Origin: Eledone cirrhosa | Lineage: Eukaryota | Length of the DNA: 64,000 bases | Direction of reading: 5' to 3' | Assembly (NCBI GenBank): GCA_964016885.1 | Contig: OZ024764.1 | Span: 4,960,001 to 5,024,000, forward strand | Shown here: positions 47,442 through 62,403 of the stretch, one piece after another | Position numbering within the stretch: the stretch's first letter is position 1 | How the letters are laid out: each line of letters opens with the position of its first letter | Notes under the pieces: generated by a model | Told to the model about the DNA's origin: nothing | Databases searched by the model: none | The model's input: only the letters and a program-made list of their open reading frames with translations | Translations under genes and position numbers: made by a program

Positions 47442-48990
47442 AACATGTCCCCACCCATTACCAACCCCAACAAACTCTGCCATTACTACTACTTCTACTT
47501 TTCTTCTAGCCCTTACCAGCCCCAACAAACCCTGACATTATTACTACTATTGTCCTTCTAGCCATGGGCTGAGGATAAATGGGGCTACCCCAAATTAATA
47601 AATGAATATGAATCCGCGAGTTACCAAGCACCCATGCAAAGCTTTAATTCAGAGACAGGAAGCATACACACCCCACTGCAAAAATTCACCCTTTCCCACG
47701 AGTGGTGGCAAATGCCCAAAACTCCGAGTTGGAACCATCAATGTAAGCACAATGAAAGGAAGAGCAGGAGAAATTGTAGAGATGCTAGAGCGAAAGAAAA
47801 TTGATGTATGCTGTGTGCAAGAGACTAGATGGAGAGCAGAGTCCGCTGGAGTCCTTGCAGGCAGAAGTCAGTGCTACCAATTTGTCTGGGTAGCAAATGG
47901 CAACAGGATGGGAGGTGTAGCTATCCTATTAGCTGACAAATGGGTAGATAAGGTAATCTCAGTGAACAGGGTGAATGCAAGAATAATGAAACTTGGACTA
48001 GTCCTGAATAAAACAATTGCCACAATAATATCAGCTTACGCACCCCAATTGGGGTTGCCAGCTGACTATAGCGGGGAATTTAGTTTAGAGGTCGGTGTCC
48101 ACCAGGGCTCTGTTCTTAGCCCACTCCTGTTCGTTAAAGTATTGCAAGCAATAATGGAGGTGATTATGACCGGATGCCCATGGGAACTCCTATATGTGGA
48201 TCATCTCACACTTATAACCGAATCTATGGTGGAACTATACTTGCTCAGTATGTAGGAAAGGAGTAGGCTGGCTGCAAAAGGTTTTCTACTCTAAATGAAA
48301 AGCAGACTGTATGATGTGGGTATACGAATAGCAATGTTACATAGTAGTGAAACCTGGGCACTGTCTGTGGAAGACTTGCATAGATTAGAAAGAAACGAAG
48401 CCTGCATGCTCCGATGGATGTGTAATAGTAATATACGCGAACGGCAAAGCATAAATGAATTGAGAGAGTGACTGAGCATAAGAGGAATGAAATGCTGTGT
48501 GCAGGAGAGGAGGTTGCATTGGACATGTGATGCGTATGAAGGATGACAGCTGTATAAAAAGGTCTAGAGCAGTAGAAGTCGATGGAAGCCGTAGAGTGGG
48601 GAGACCCAAGAAGAGCTGGGATGAGGTGATAAAAGCCGACCTTACCCAGTTGCACCTCTCAAAGGCGATGACACAGGACCGTCACCTCTGGCATCAAGCA
48701 GTAATACAGAAGACCCGACTCCCCAGGGCTACACGCGGAAGCTGAAGCGTATGCTCCCACCCTCTCCGACTGTAAAGTGGACATATAGGCGCCACAGACA
48801 AAAAGCACCCAGGACTCACTGTAAATGAGGTTGGTGTTAGGAAGGGCATCCAGCTGTAGGAATCAAGCCAGAATCAGTTCCTGTATGAGCAAGACAAGGT
48901 CAGCTGAACAGACACTGCCCACAACAGGACAACCCGTCTAACCCATGCTAGCGTGGAAGAATGGACGTAAAACAGTGATGATGAAGATGA
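47442..48990 (+). mobile_element. Internally deleted RTE LINE, copy 5 (long-tail version)
   Basis: 217-aa ORF 47602-48255. Confidence 0.9.
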
Positions 48991-48994
48991 TATA

Positions 48995-51082
48995 TCATAT
49001 ATGCCAGTGTACAAGTTGACATTTGGAGCCTAAAAATATCTCTCCAAAACCAGGGGTCGACTTGTCTGCTGAATATAGTATGTTACCTTTACCACTGAGG
49101 GGTATACAGTGAAACTGCCTGCCTAACACTTGTTGTACACCACTTACCATAACTCTAGCAACCCACCACATTTATTTCTACTGAATCTCATATTTGTTAA
49201 GTTTAACGTAGAGATTATAGTAATATCAATGTCTTGCTGTAGCTTATAGGGTAGGTTACTGTAGCGTAGGTTACCATAGGGTAGGTTACTGTAGGGTAGG
49301 TTACGATAGGGCAGGATACTGTAGGGTAAGTTACTGGAGGGTAGGTTACCATAGGGTAGGTTACCGTAGGGTAGGTTACCATTGGGTAGGTTATTATAGG
49401 GTAGGTTACCACAGGGTAGGTGACCATAGAATAGGTTACTGTAGGGTATTTTACCATAGGGTATGTTACCATAGGGTAGGTTACCTTAAGGTAGGTTACC
49501 ATAGGGTAAGTTACCATTGGGTAGGTTACCTTAGGGTAGGTGACCATAGTGTAGGCTACCATAGGTTAGGTTCTGTATGGTAGGTTAGGTTACTATAGGG
49601 TAGGTTACGATAGGGTTAGTTACCATAGGGTAGGTTACCATAGCGTAGGTTACTATTGGGTAGGTTACCATAGGGTAGGTTACTGTAGGTTAGGTTACGT
49701 AGGGTAGGTTACCATAGGGTAGGTTGCCATAGAGTAGGTTATTATAGGGTAGGTTACCATAAGGTAGATTACCTCAGGGTATGTTACCATAGGGTAGGTT
49801 ACTGTAGGGTAGGTTACCATAGTGTAGGATACCTTAAATTAGGTTACCACAGGAAAAGTTACCATATGGTAGGTTACTGTAGGTTAGGTTACCATAGGGT
49901 AGGTTATCATAGGTTAGGTTACCAAAGGGTAGGTTACTATAGGTTGTTACCATTGGGTAGGTTACTGTAGGGTAACATAGGTTACCATAGTGTAGGTTAA
50001 TATAACATAGGTCACCATAGTGTAGGTTACCTTAGATTAGGTTACCACAGGATAGGTAACCATATGGTAGGTTACTGTAGGTTAGGTCACCATAGGGTAG
50101 GTTACTATAGGGTAGGCTACTATAGGTTGTTACCATAGGGTAGGTTACTATAGGTTGTTACCATAGGGTAGGTTACTATAGGTTGTTACCATAGAGTAGG
50201 TTACAATATGGTTGGTTACCATAGTGTAGGTTACTATAACATTGGTTACCATAGTGTAGGTTACCTTAATTTAGGTTACCATAGGTTAGGTTACCGTATC
50301 GTAGGTTACTGTAGGTTAGGTTACAATAGGGTAGGTTACTATAGGGTAGGCTACCAATGATAGGTTATGATGGGTTAGGTTCCATAGGGTAGGTTACCAC
50401 AGTATATGTTACCATATGGTAGGTTAGGTTACCATAGGGTAGGTCACCATAGTGTAGGTTACTTTAGATTAGGTTACCATAGGGTAGGTTACCACAGGAT
50501 AAGTTACCATATGGTAGGTTACTATAACATAGGTTACCAAAGTGTAGGTTTCTATAGGTTGTTACCATAGGGTAGGTTACTGTAGGGTAGGTTACTGTAA
50601 GGTAGGTTACCATAGGGTAGGATACTGTAGGGTAGGTTACCAGAGGGTAGGTTATTATAGTATAGGTTACCGTAGGGTAGGTTTCCATGAAGTAGGTGAC
50701 CATAGGGTAGGTTACTATAAGTTAGGTTACCATAGGGTAGGTTTCCATGAAGTAGGTTACCACAGGGTAGGTTAACATAAATTAGGTTACCTTTGGGTAG
50801 GTTACCATAAGTTAGGTTACCATACGGTAGGTTACCATAGGTTTGTTAAGGTTAGGCTAGGCTGGTCTACACGGTGAGTTAAAACTTAATTGTGACTGTA
50901 GTGTTTTAGAAGAAGTGTCTTAATCTTTCGTGCACCACTAAATTTTTTAACTATTTCCCCTGAAACTGCCTTATTTTGGGGAGGTTATCTTATCAATCGA
51001 ATAGCGTCCTAAATCTAAATTACACCTCAGAATTTTAGGGGCCACGCTATGTACCGGATAGACTTGTACACCGGCATATATA
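48995..51082. mobile_element. TIR element with 15-bp minisatellite, copy 5
   Basis: Same termini as copy 2. Confidence 0.75.
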
Positions 51083-52849
51083 TATATGCAAAGAGAGCGA
51101 GAGAAACAGCGGGAGTGAGAGAGATACATTAAAACAATAACAGAGGTCTGACTGGAGAATTTACTTTAGAATTTTAAGAGAAAAGAGGAAGGTTTCAGAC
51201 TTCTGGAATTCCTTCACGAAAATGTCCTATTTATCTGTAACACAAACTTCAAAAAATGAGACAACCACTTAATAATATATAGATCATGTGAGCCCACCAG
51301 CTAGATAGATTTCCTTGTTACCATAAGACAGAGTGACTGTTATAAACACAAAGTCCCTCCCTAGTGAAGAATGCACCTCCCAACATACCTTAGGAGACAA
51401 ACTGGAAGAAAAGATTATAGATCAAAATCAAAAGGTCTTAAAGTCAATTTGGTAAAGACTAAAGTTCTAGTAAGTAGAAAGGAAAACAGGGCCCAGATCT
51501 CTTCAGGTAAACTGTCCTGCTCAGTGTGCAGAAAAGGAGTAGGTAAAAATTCCATCCTATGTCCCATATAGAAATGATGGGTACACAAAAGATGTCGTGG
51601 GATCTCAGGGAGGCTAACAAAGAACGTAGCTTCTACATGTGGCCAATGAACAGGAGATGGAAATATCAAGAGCTCTCGGGTTACAATCTCCTTCAAATAC
51701 CCGAAAGTCTCTGTAGAGGTGGTAGATAGTTTCTGTTACCTAGGTGACTAAATCAGCAGTGGAGGAGGGTGGTCCAAAAACTCAGTAACAAGAGTGAGAT
51801 TAGATTGGAGAAAGTGCAGGGATCTACTACTACTGCTAACAACAAAAAGTTTTTCCATCAAAATGAAGGGCAGACTGTATGATGCAGGTATACAAACAAC
51901 AATGTTGCACAGCAGCGAGACCTGGGCACTGTGTGTAGAAGATCTGTAAAGATTGGAAAGAAATGAAGCCTCCATGCTTCAATGGATGTGCCATAGTAAT
52001 ATATGCAAATGGCAAAACATAAATGTACTGCGAGAGAAATTAGGCATAAGAGGGGTTAGATGCAGTGTGCAGGAGAGGGATTGTTTTGGTATAGACATGT
52101 GATGTGTATGAAGGGTGACAGCTGTATAAAAAGGTGCCGAACAAACAAAGTTGACAGAAACCGTGGAGTGGGCAGGTCTAGGAAGACATGGGATGAGGTA
52201 AGGAAAGCTGACTTTGCACAATTACACCTCGCTAAGGCAATGACACAGGAGGGTGACCTCTGGCGCTATGCACAATTATAGAGGACCTGCTCTCATAAAT
52301 CCACGAGCTGAGGCATATATCTAGTATGTAACACCTTCCCCACCATCATCCCTCCCAAACACCTTCACCCCTATAACTACATCCACAATCCACCAGACAT
52401 TTTCCCTACCAACACCCCACACAAGTTCCCAAACCTCACCATAAAGTGGTCCTGCTGCAGCCATGACAAATGTGCCCAGTCCACACTGTACAGTGGTCTT
52501 GTAGGTGTCCTGCCAAAAATCAATATTGGGCCTTAAAACCTTGAGTCCCTTTTGTTCTGTGTATGAACATAAATAATTGTTTCTACTTTTGGCACAAGGC
52601 CAGCAATTATCCAGTGCATTACTGGTACTTTATTTTATCGACCCCGTAAGGATGAAAGGCAAAGTTAACCTTGGCGGGATTTGAACTCAGATCATACAGG
52701 GAGGTAACTATGCTTCAAAGCATGGCGTCCGACTCACTACCGATACTGCCAATCCACCGCCTGAACATAAATAAATAATGTAATATATATATATATGTAT
52801 GTGTGTGTGTATCTATTTATATATTTAACTATATTTTTTGTAATCACAG

Positions 52850-52891
52850 GACTGTTCCACTGCAGAGTTCCGCTAGAGGAAACAGTGACGA
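52850..52891 (+). CDS. Microexon E11 (class A2, 42 nt): TVPLQSSARGNSD(E)
   Basis: Canonical AG/GTaagt; identical to E3. Confidence 0.8.
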
Positions 52892-53189
52892 GTAAGTTTT
52901 AGTTTTACACACTATCTAACCATTATTCTATCTGTTCCTTCCCGTCTCTCTCTCTCTTTATATATATATATTTATATATACTAAGGTGTATTATTGGTTG
53001 TGTAAAACGGTCCAATAAATTTTTGTTAGCAATATTAAGTTCTCCACGCTTTTGTATATCTCCAATTCCATTCAAGGGAACAGCTAGATGATGTAAAAAA
53101 ATCCGAAGGCAAGGTAAAATTTCCAATCATTTTAATCATGTCGTGATTAAAATGATTGGAAATCTTACCTTCCCTTCGGATTTTCATTT

Positions 53190-53233
<44 letters not shown>

Positions 53234-53904
53234 CTCTGTCTCTTATAAACCACGTTGGCTATTATGACACTCTCTCCAACATAGAGAGCTATGTTGGCGA
53301 TTATGACTCTCTCTCTCCCTCTCTATGTTGGCTATTATGACTCTCTCTCTCTCTATGTTGGCTATTATGACTCTATCTCTCTATGTTGGCTATAATGACT
53401 CTCTCTCTCTATGTTGGCTATAATGACTCTCTCTCTCTATTTATGTTGGCTATTATGTCTCTCTCTGTACAAAGTTTATGAAGTTAGATGAACATCTTCA
53501 AAGTCCTCCCATATTCGCCTTGTCTAATATGCGTTCTTGTACCTGATTATTTCCCCCAAATCTCCTGGGATGTTATAAACCATGATGGCTACCTATCTCA
53601 CAATTTCTCTCCTGCCCACCCCCTCACACCACCATAGTCTATTCGACCAATCAAACCTCAGCAACATGTCCCCCACCCATTAAAAACCCCAACAAACTCT
53701 GCCATTACTACTACTTCTACTTTTCTTCTAGCCCTTACCAGCCCTTTATTTTATCGACCCCGTAAGGATGAAAGGCAAAGTTAACCTCGGCGGGATTTGA
53801 ACTCAGATCGGAAAGGGACGTAACTAAATAAATAATGTAATATATATATATGTATTTGTGTTTGTATCTATTTATATATTTAACTATATTTTTTGTAATC
53901 ACAG

Positions 53905-53946
53905 GACTGATACAGAGGAGAGTACCGCTCTAGAAAAGAATAACGA
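53905..53946 (+). CDS. Microexon E12 (class A1, 42 nt): TDTEESTALEKNN(E)
   Basis: Canonical AG/GTaagt; one nonsynonymous change relative to E7. Confidence 0.8.
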
Positions 53947-54010
53947 GTAAGTTTTAGTTTTACATACTATCTAACCATTATTCTATCTGTTCCTTCCCGT
54001 CTCTCTCTCT

Positions 54011-54070
<60 letters not shown>

Positions 54071-54758
54071 AGGTGTATTATTGGTTGTGTAAAACGGTCC
54101 AATAAATTTTTGTTAGCTTTTGTATATCTCCAATTCCATTCAAGGGAACAGCTAGATGATGTAAAACGGAGTATTTGTATCAAAATGAAAATCCAAAGGC
54201 AAGGTAAAATTTCCAATCATTTTAATCTCGCCGTGATTAAAATGATTGCAAATCTTACCTTGCCTTTGGATTTTCATTTTGATATATATATATATATGTA
54301 TATATATGACTCTGTCTCTTATAAACCACGTTGGCTATTATGACACTCTCTCCAACATAGAGAGCTATGTTGGCTAATATGACTCTCTCTCTCTCTCTCT
54401 CCCTCTCTATGTTGGCTATTATGACTCTCTCTCTGTCCCACTCTATGTTGGCTAATATGACGCTCTCTCTCTCTCTATGTTGGCTATTATGACTCTCTCT
54501 CTCTCTATGTTGGCTATTATGTCTCTCTCTCTCTATCTATGTGGGCTATTATGTCTCTCTCTGTTCAAGGTTTATGAAGTTAGTTGAACATCTTCAAAGT
54601 CCTCCCATATTCGCCTTGTCTAATATGCGTTCTTGTACCTGATTATTTCCCCCAAATCTCCTGGGATGTTATAAGCCATGATGGCTACCTATCTCACAAT
54701 TTCTCTCCTGCCCACCCCCTCATACCACCATAGTCTATTCGACCAATCAAACCTCAGA

Positions 54759-56305
54759 AACATGTCCCCACCCATTACCAACCCCAACAAACTCTGCCAT
54801 TACTACTACTTCTACTTTTCTTCTAGCCCTTACCAGCCCCAACAAACCCTGACATTATTACTACTATTGTCCTTCTAGCCATGGGCTGAGGATAAATGGG
54901 GCTACCCCAAATTAATAAATGAATATGAATCCGCGAGTTACCAAGCACCCATGCAAAGCTTTAATTCAGAGACAGGAAGCATACACACCCCACTGCAAAA
55001 ATTCACCCTTTCCCACGAGTGGTGGCAAATGCCCCAAACTCCGAGTTGGAACCATCAATGTAAGCACAATGAAAGGAAGAGCAGGAGAAATTGTAGAGAT
55101 GCTAGAGCGAAAGAAAATTGATGTATGCTGTGTGCAAGAGACTAGATGGAGAGCAGAGTCCGCTGGAGTCCTTGCAGGCAGAAGTCAGTGCTACCAATTT
55201 GTCTGGGTAGCAAATGACAACAGGATGGGAGGTGTAGCTATCCTATTAGCTGACAAATGGGTAGATAAGGTAATCTCAGTGAACAGGGTGAATGCAAGAA
55301 TAATGAAACTTGGACTAGTCCTGAATAAAACAATTGCCACAATAATATCAGCTTACGCACCCCAATTGGGGTTGCCAGCTGACTATAGCGGGGAATTTAG
55401 TTTAGAGGTCGGTGTCCACCAGGGCTCTGTTCTTAGCCCACTCCTGTTCGTTAAAGTATTGCAAGCAATAATGGAGGTGATTATGACCGGATGCCCATGG
55501 GAACTCCTATATGCGGATCATCTCACACTTATAGCCGAATCTATGGTGGAACTATACTTGCTCAGTATGTAGGAAAGGAGTAGGCTGGCTGCAAAAGGTT
55601 TTCCCCTCAAAATGAAAAGCAGACTGTATGATGTGGGTATACGAATAGCAATGTTACATAGTAGTGAAACCTGGGCGCCGTCTGTGGAAGACTTGCATAG
55701 ATTAGAAAGAAATGAAGCCTGCATGCTCCGATGGATGTGTAATAGTAATATACGCGAACGGCAAAGCATAAATGAATTGAGAGAGTGACTGAGCATAAGA
55801 GGAATGAAATGCTGTGTGCAGGAGAGGAGGTTGCATTGGACATGTGATGCGTATGAAGGATGACAGCTGTATAAAAAGGTGTAGAGCAGTAGAAGTCGAT
55901 GGAAGCCGTAGAGTGGGGAGACCCAAGAAGAGCTGGGATGAGGTGATAAAAGCCGACCTTACCCAGTTGCACCTCTCAAAGGCGATGACACAGGACCGTC
56001 ACCTCTGGCATCAAGCAGTAATACAGAAGACCCGACTCCCCAGGGCTACAAGCGGAAGCTGAAGCGTATGCTCCCACCCTCTCCGACTGTACAGTGGACG
56101 TATAGGCGCCACAGACTAAAAGCACCCAGGACTCACTGTAAATGAGGTTGGTGTTAGGAAGGGCATCCAGCTGTAGGAATCAAGCCAGAATCAGTTCCTG
56201 TATGAGCAAGACAAGGTCAGCTGAACAGACACTGCCCACAACAGGACAACCCGTCTAACCCATGCTAGCGTGGAAGAATGGACGTAAAACAGTGATGAAG
56301 ATGAT
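54759..56305 (+). mobile_element. Internally deleted RTE LINE, copy 6 (long-tail version)
   Basis: 217-aa ORF 54919-55572. Confidence 0.9.
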
Positions 56306-56308
56306 ATA

Positions 56309-58410
56309 TCATATATGCCAGTGTACAAGTTGACATTTGGAGCCTAAAAATATCTCTCCAAAACCAGGGGTCGACTTGTCTGCTGAATATAGTATGTTAC
56401 CTTTACCACTGAGGGGTATACAGTGAAACTGCCTGCCTAACACTTGTTGTACACCACTTACCATAACTCTAGCAACCCACCACATTTATTTCTACTGAAT
56501 CTCATATTTGTTAAGTTTAACGTAGAGATTATAGTAATATCAATGTCTTGCTGTAGCTTATAGGGTAGGTTACTGTAGCGTAGGTTACCATAGGGTAGGT
56601 TACTGTAGGGTAGGTTACGATAGGGCAGGATACTGTAGGGTAAGTTACTGGAGGGTAGGTTACCATAGGGTAGGTTACCGTAGGGTAGTTTCCATTGGGT
56701 AGGTTATTATAGGGTAGGTTACCACAGGGTAGGTGACCATAGAATAGGTTACTGTAGGGTATTTTTCCATAGGGTAGGTTACCTTATGGTAGGTTACCTT
56801 AAGGTAGGTTACCATAGGGTAAGTTACCATAGGGTAGGTTACCTTAGGGTAGGTGACCATAGTGTAGGCTACCATAGGTTAGGTTCTGTATGGTAGGTTA
56901 GGTTACTATAGGGTAGGTTACCATAGGGTAGGTTACGATAGGGTTAGTTACCATAGGGTAGGTTACCATAGCGTAGGTTACTATTGGGTAGGTTACCATA
57001 GGGTAGGTTACTGTAGGTTAGGTTACGTAGGGTAGGTTACCATAGGGTAGGTTGCCATAGAGTAGGTTATTATAGGGTAGGTTACCATAAGGTAGATTAC
57101 CTCAGGGTATGTTACCATATGGTAGGTTACCATAGGGTAGGTTACTGTAGGGTAGGTTACCATAGTGTAGGATACCTTAAATTAGGTTACCACAGGAAAA
57201 GTTACCATATGGTAGGTTACTGTAGGTTAGGTTACCATAGGGTAGGTTATCATAGGTTAGGTTACCAAAGGGTAGGTTACTATAGGTTGTTACCATTGGG
57301 TAGGTTACTGTAGGGTAACATAGGTTACCATAGTGTAGGTTAATATAACATAGGTCACCATAGTGTAGGTTACCTTAGATTAGGTTACCACAGGATAGGT
57401 TACCATATGGTAGGTTACTGTAGGTTAGGTCACCATAGGGTAGGTTACTATAGGGTAGGCTACTATAGGTTGTTACTATAGGGTAGGCTACTATAGGTTG
57501 TTACCATAGGGTAGGTTACTATAGGTTGTTACCATAGAGTAGGTTACAATATGGTTGGTTACCATAGTGTAGGTTACTATAACATTGGTTACCATAGTGT
57601 AGGTTACCTTAATTTAGGTTACCATAGGTTAGGTTACCGTATCGTAGGTTACTGTAGGTTAGGTTACAATAGGGTAGGTTACTATAGGGTAGGCTACCAA
57701 TGATAGGTTATGATGGGTTAGGTTCCATAGGGTAGGTTACCACAGTATATGTTACCATATGGTAGGTTAGGTTACCATAGGGTAGGTCACCATAGTGTAG
57801 GTTACTTTAGATTAGGTTACCATAGGGTAGGTTACCACAGGATAAGTTACCATATGGTAGGTTACTATAACATAGGTTACCAAAGTGTAGGTTTCTATAG
57901 GTTGTTACCATAGGGTAGGTTACTGTAGGGTAGGTTACTGTAAGGTAGGTTACCATAGGGTAGGTTACCAGAGGGTAGGTTATTATAGTATAGGTTACCG
58001 TAGGGTAGGTTTCCATGAAGTAGGTGACCATAGGGTAGGTTACTATAAGTTAGGTTACCATAGGGTAGGTTTCCATGAAGTAGGTTACCACAGGGTAGGT
58101 TAACATAAATTAGGTTACCTTAGGGTAGGTTACCATAAGTTAGGTTACCATACGGTAGGTTACCATAGGTTTGTTAAGGTTAGGCTAGGCTGGTCTACAC
58201 GGTGAGTTAAAACTCACTTGTGACTGTAGTGTTTTAGAAGAAGTGTCTTAATCTTTCGTGCACCACTAAATTTTTTAACTATTTCCCCTGAAACTGCCTT
58301 ATTTTGGGGAGGTTATCTTATCAATCGAATAGCGTCCTAAATCTAAATTACACCTCAGAATTTTAGGGGCCACGCTATGTACCGGATAGACTTGTACACC
58401 GGCATATATA
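56309..58410. mobile_element. TIR element with 15-bp minisatellite, copy 6
   Basis: Same termini as copy 2. Confidence 0.75.
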
Positions 58411-60180
58411 TATATGCAAAGAGAGCGAGAGAAACAGCGGGAGTGAGAGAGATACATTAAAACAATAACAGAGGTCTGACTGGAGAATTTACTTTAGAAT
58501 TTTAAGAGAAAAGAGGAAGGTTTCAGACTTCTGGAATTCCTTCACGAAAATGTCCTATTTATCTGGAACACAAACTTCAAAAAATGAGACAACCACTTAA
58601 TAACATATAGATCATGTGAGCCCACCAGCTAGATAGATTTCCTTGTTACCATAAGACAGAGTGACTGTTATAAACACAAAGTCCCTCCCTAGTGAAGAAT
58701 GCACCTCCCAACATACCTTAGGAGACAAACTGGAAGAAAAGATTATAGATCAAAATCAAAAGGTCTTAAAGTCAATTTGGTAAAGACTAAAGTTCTAGTA
58801 AGTAGAAAGGAAAACAGGGCCCAGATCTCTTCAGGTAAACTGTCCTGCTCAGTGGGCAGAAAAGGAGTAGGTAGAAATTCCATCCTATGTCCCATATAGA
58901 AATGATGGGTACACAAAAGATGTCGTGGGATCTCAGGAAGGCTAACAAAGAACGTAGCTTCTACATGTGGCCAGTGAACAGGAGATGGAAATATCAAGAG
59001 CTCTCGGGTTACAATCTCCTTCAAATACCCGAAAGTCTCTGTAGAGGTGGTAGATAGTTTCTGTTACCTAGGTGACTAAATCAGCAGTGGAGTAGGGTGG
59101 TCCCAAAACTCAGTAACAAGAGTGAGATTAGATTGGAGAAAGTGCAGGGATCTACTACTACTGCTAACAACAAAAAGTTTTTCCCTCAAAATGAAGGGCA
59201 GACTGTATGATGCAGGTATACAAACAACAATGTTGCACAGCAGCGAGACCTGGGCACTGTGTGTAGAAGATCTGTAAAGATTGGAAAGAAATGAAGCCTC
59301 CATGCTTCAATGGATGTGCCATAGTAATATATGCAAATGGCAAAACATAAATGTACTGCGAGAGAAATTAGGCATAAGAGGGGTTAGATGCAGTGTGCAG
59401 GAGAGGGATTGTTTTGGTATAGACATGTGATGTGTATGAAGGGTGACAGCTGTATAAAAAGGTGCCGAACAAACAAAGTTGACAGAAACCGTGGAGTGGG
59501 CAGGTCTAGGAAGACATGGGATGAGGTAAGGAAAGCTGACTTTGCACAATTACACCTCGCTAAGGCAATGACACAGGAGGGTGACCTCTGGCGCTATGCA
59601 CAATTATAGAGGACCTGCCCTCATAAATCCACGAGCTGAGGCATATATCTAGTATGTAACACCTTCCCCACCATCATCCCTCCCAAACACCTTCACCCCT
59701 ATAACTACATCCACAATCCACCAGACATTTTCCCTACCAACACCCCACACAAGTTCCCAAACCTCACCATAAAGTGGTCCTGCTGCAGCCATGACAAACG
59801 TGTCCAGTCCACACTGTACAGTGGTCTTGTAGGTGTCCTGCCAAAAATCAATATTGGGCCTTAAAACCTTGAGTCCCTTTTGTTCTGTGTATGAACATAA
59901 ATAATTGTTTCTACTTTTGGCACAAGGCCAGCAATTATCCAGTGCATTACTGGTACTTTATTTTATCGACCCCGTAAGGATGAAAGGCAAAGTTAACCTC
60001 GGCGGGATTTGAACTCAGATCATAAAGGGACGTAACTCTATGCTTCAAAGCATGGTGTCCGACTCTCTACCGATACTGCCAATCCACCACCCTGAACATA
60101 AATAAATAATGTAATATATATATATATGTATGTGTGTGTGTATCTATTTATATATTTAACTATATTTTTTGTAATCACAG

Positions 60181-60222
60181 GTCTGTTCCACTGCAGAGTT
60201 CCGCTAGAGGAAACAGTGACGA
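60181..60222 (+). CDS. Microexon E13 (class A2, 42 nt): SVPLQSSARGNSD
   Basis: Canonical AG/GTaagt; one nonsynonymous change relative to E3/E11. Confidence 0.8.
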
Positions 60223-60522
60223 GTAAGTTTTAGTTTAACACACTATCTAACCATTATTCTATCTGTTCCTTCCCGTCTCTCTCTCTCTTTATATATATAT
60301 ATTTATATATACTAAGGTCTATTATTGGTTGTGTAAAACGGTCCAATAAATTTTTGTTAGCAATATTAAGTTCTCCACGCTTTTGTATATCTCCAATTCC
60401 ATTCAAGGGAACAGCTAGATGATGTAAAAAAATCCGAAGGCAAGGTAAAATTTCCAATCATTTTAATCATGTCGTGATTAAAATGATTGGAAATCTTACC
60501 TTCCCTTCGGATTTTCATTTTG

Positions 60523-60556
<34 letters not shown>

Positions 60557-61027
60557 GACTCTGTCTCTTATAAACCACGTTGGCTATTATGACACTCTCT
60601 CCAACATAGAGAGCTATGTTGGCGATTATGACTCTCTCTCTCCCTCTCTATGTTGGCTATTATGACTCTCTCTCTCTCTCTCTATGTTGGCTATTATGAC
60701 TCTCTCTCTCTCTCTATGTTGGCTATTATGACTCTCTCTCTCTCTATGTTGGCTATAATGACTCTCTCTCTCTCTCTATGTTGGCTATAATGACTCTCTC
60801 TCTCTCTATGTTGGCTATTATGTCTCTCTCTGTTCAAGGTTTATGAAGTTAGATGAACATCTTCAAAGTCCTCCCATATTCGCCTTGTCTAATATGCGTT
60901 CTTGTACCTGATTATTTCCCCCAAATCTCCTGGGAAGTTATAAACCATGATGGCTACCTATCTCACAATTTCTCTCCTGCCCACCCCCTCATACCACCAT
61001 AGTCTATTCGACCAATCAAACCTCAGA

Positions 61028-62400
61028 AACATGTCCCCACCCATTACCAACCCCAACAAACTCTGCCATTACTACTACTTCTACTTTTCTTCTAGCCCTT
61101 ACCAGCCCCAACAAACCCTGACATTATTACTACTATTGTCCTTCTAGCCATGGGCTGAGGATAAATGGGGCTACCCCAAATTAATAAATGAATATGAATC
61201 CGCAAGTTACCAAGCACCCATGCAAAGCTTTAATTCAGAGACAGGAAGCATACACACACCACTGCAAAAATTCACCCTTTACCACGAGTGGTGGCAAATG
61301 CCCAAAACTCCGAGTTGGAACCATCAATGTAAGCACGATGAAAGGAAGAGCAGGAGAAATTGTAGAGATGCTAGAGCGAAAGAAAATTGATGTATGCTGT
61401 GTGCAAGAGACTAGATGGAGAGCAGAGTCCGCTGGAGTCCTTGCAGGCAGAAGTCAGTGCTACCAATTTGTCTGGGTAGCAAATGACAACAGGATGGGAG
61501 GTGTAGCTATCCTATTAGCTGACAAATGGGTAGATAAGGTAATCTCAGTGAACAGGGTGAATGCAAGAATAATGAAACTTGGACTAGTCCTGAATAAAAC
61601 AATTGCCACAATAATATCAGCTTACGCACCCCAATTGGGGTTGCCAGCTGACTATAGCGGGGAATTTAGTTTAGAGGTCGGTGTCCACCAGGGCTCTGTT
61701 CTTAGCCCACTCCTGTTCGTTAAAGTATTGCAAGCAATAATGGAGGTGATTATGACCGGATGCCCATGGGAACTCCTATATGCGGATCATCTCACACTTA
61801 TAGCCGAATCTATGGTGGAACTATACTTGCTCAGTATGTAGGAAAGGAGTAGGCTGGCTGCAAAAGGTTTTCTACTCAAAATGAAAAGCAGACTGTATGA
61901 TGTGGGTATACGAATAGCAATGTTACATAGTAGTGAAACGTGGGCGCCGTCTGTGGAAGACTTGCATAGATTAGAAAGAAACGAAGCCTGCATGCTCCGA
62001 TGGATGTGTAATAGTAATATACGCGAACTGCAAAGCATAAATGAATTGAGAGAGTGACTGAGCATAAGAGGAATGAAATGCTGTGTGCAGGAGAGGATGT
62101 TGCATTGGACATGTGATGCGTATGAAGGATGACAGCTGTATAAAAAGGTGTAGAGCAGTAGAAGTCGATGGAAGCCGTGGAGTGGGGAGACCCAAGAAGA
62201 GCTGGGATGAGGTGATAAAAGCCGGACTCACTGTAAATGAGGTTGGTGTTAGGAAGGGCATCCAGCTGTAGGAATCAAGCCAGAATCAGTTCCTGTATGA
62301 GCAAGAAAAGGTCAGCTGAACAGACACTGCCCACAACAGGACAACCCGTCTAACCCATGCTTGCGTGGAAGAATGGACGTAAAACAGTGATGAAGATGAT
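61028..62400 (+). mobile_element. Internally deleted RTE LINE, copy 7
   Basis: 217-aa ORF 61188-61841. Confidence 0.9.
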
Positions 62401-62403
62401 ATA

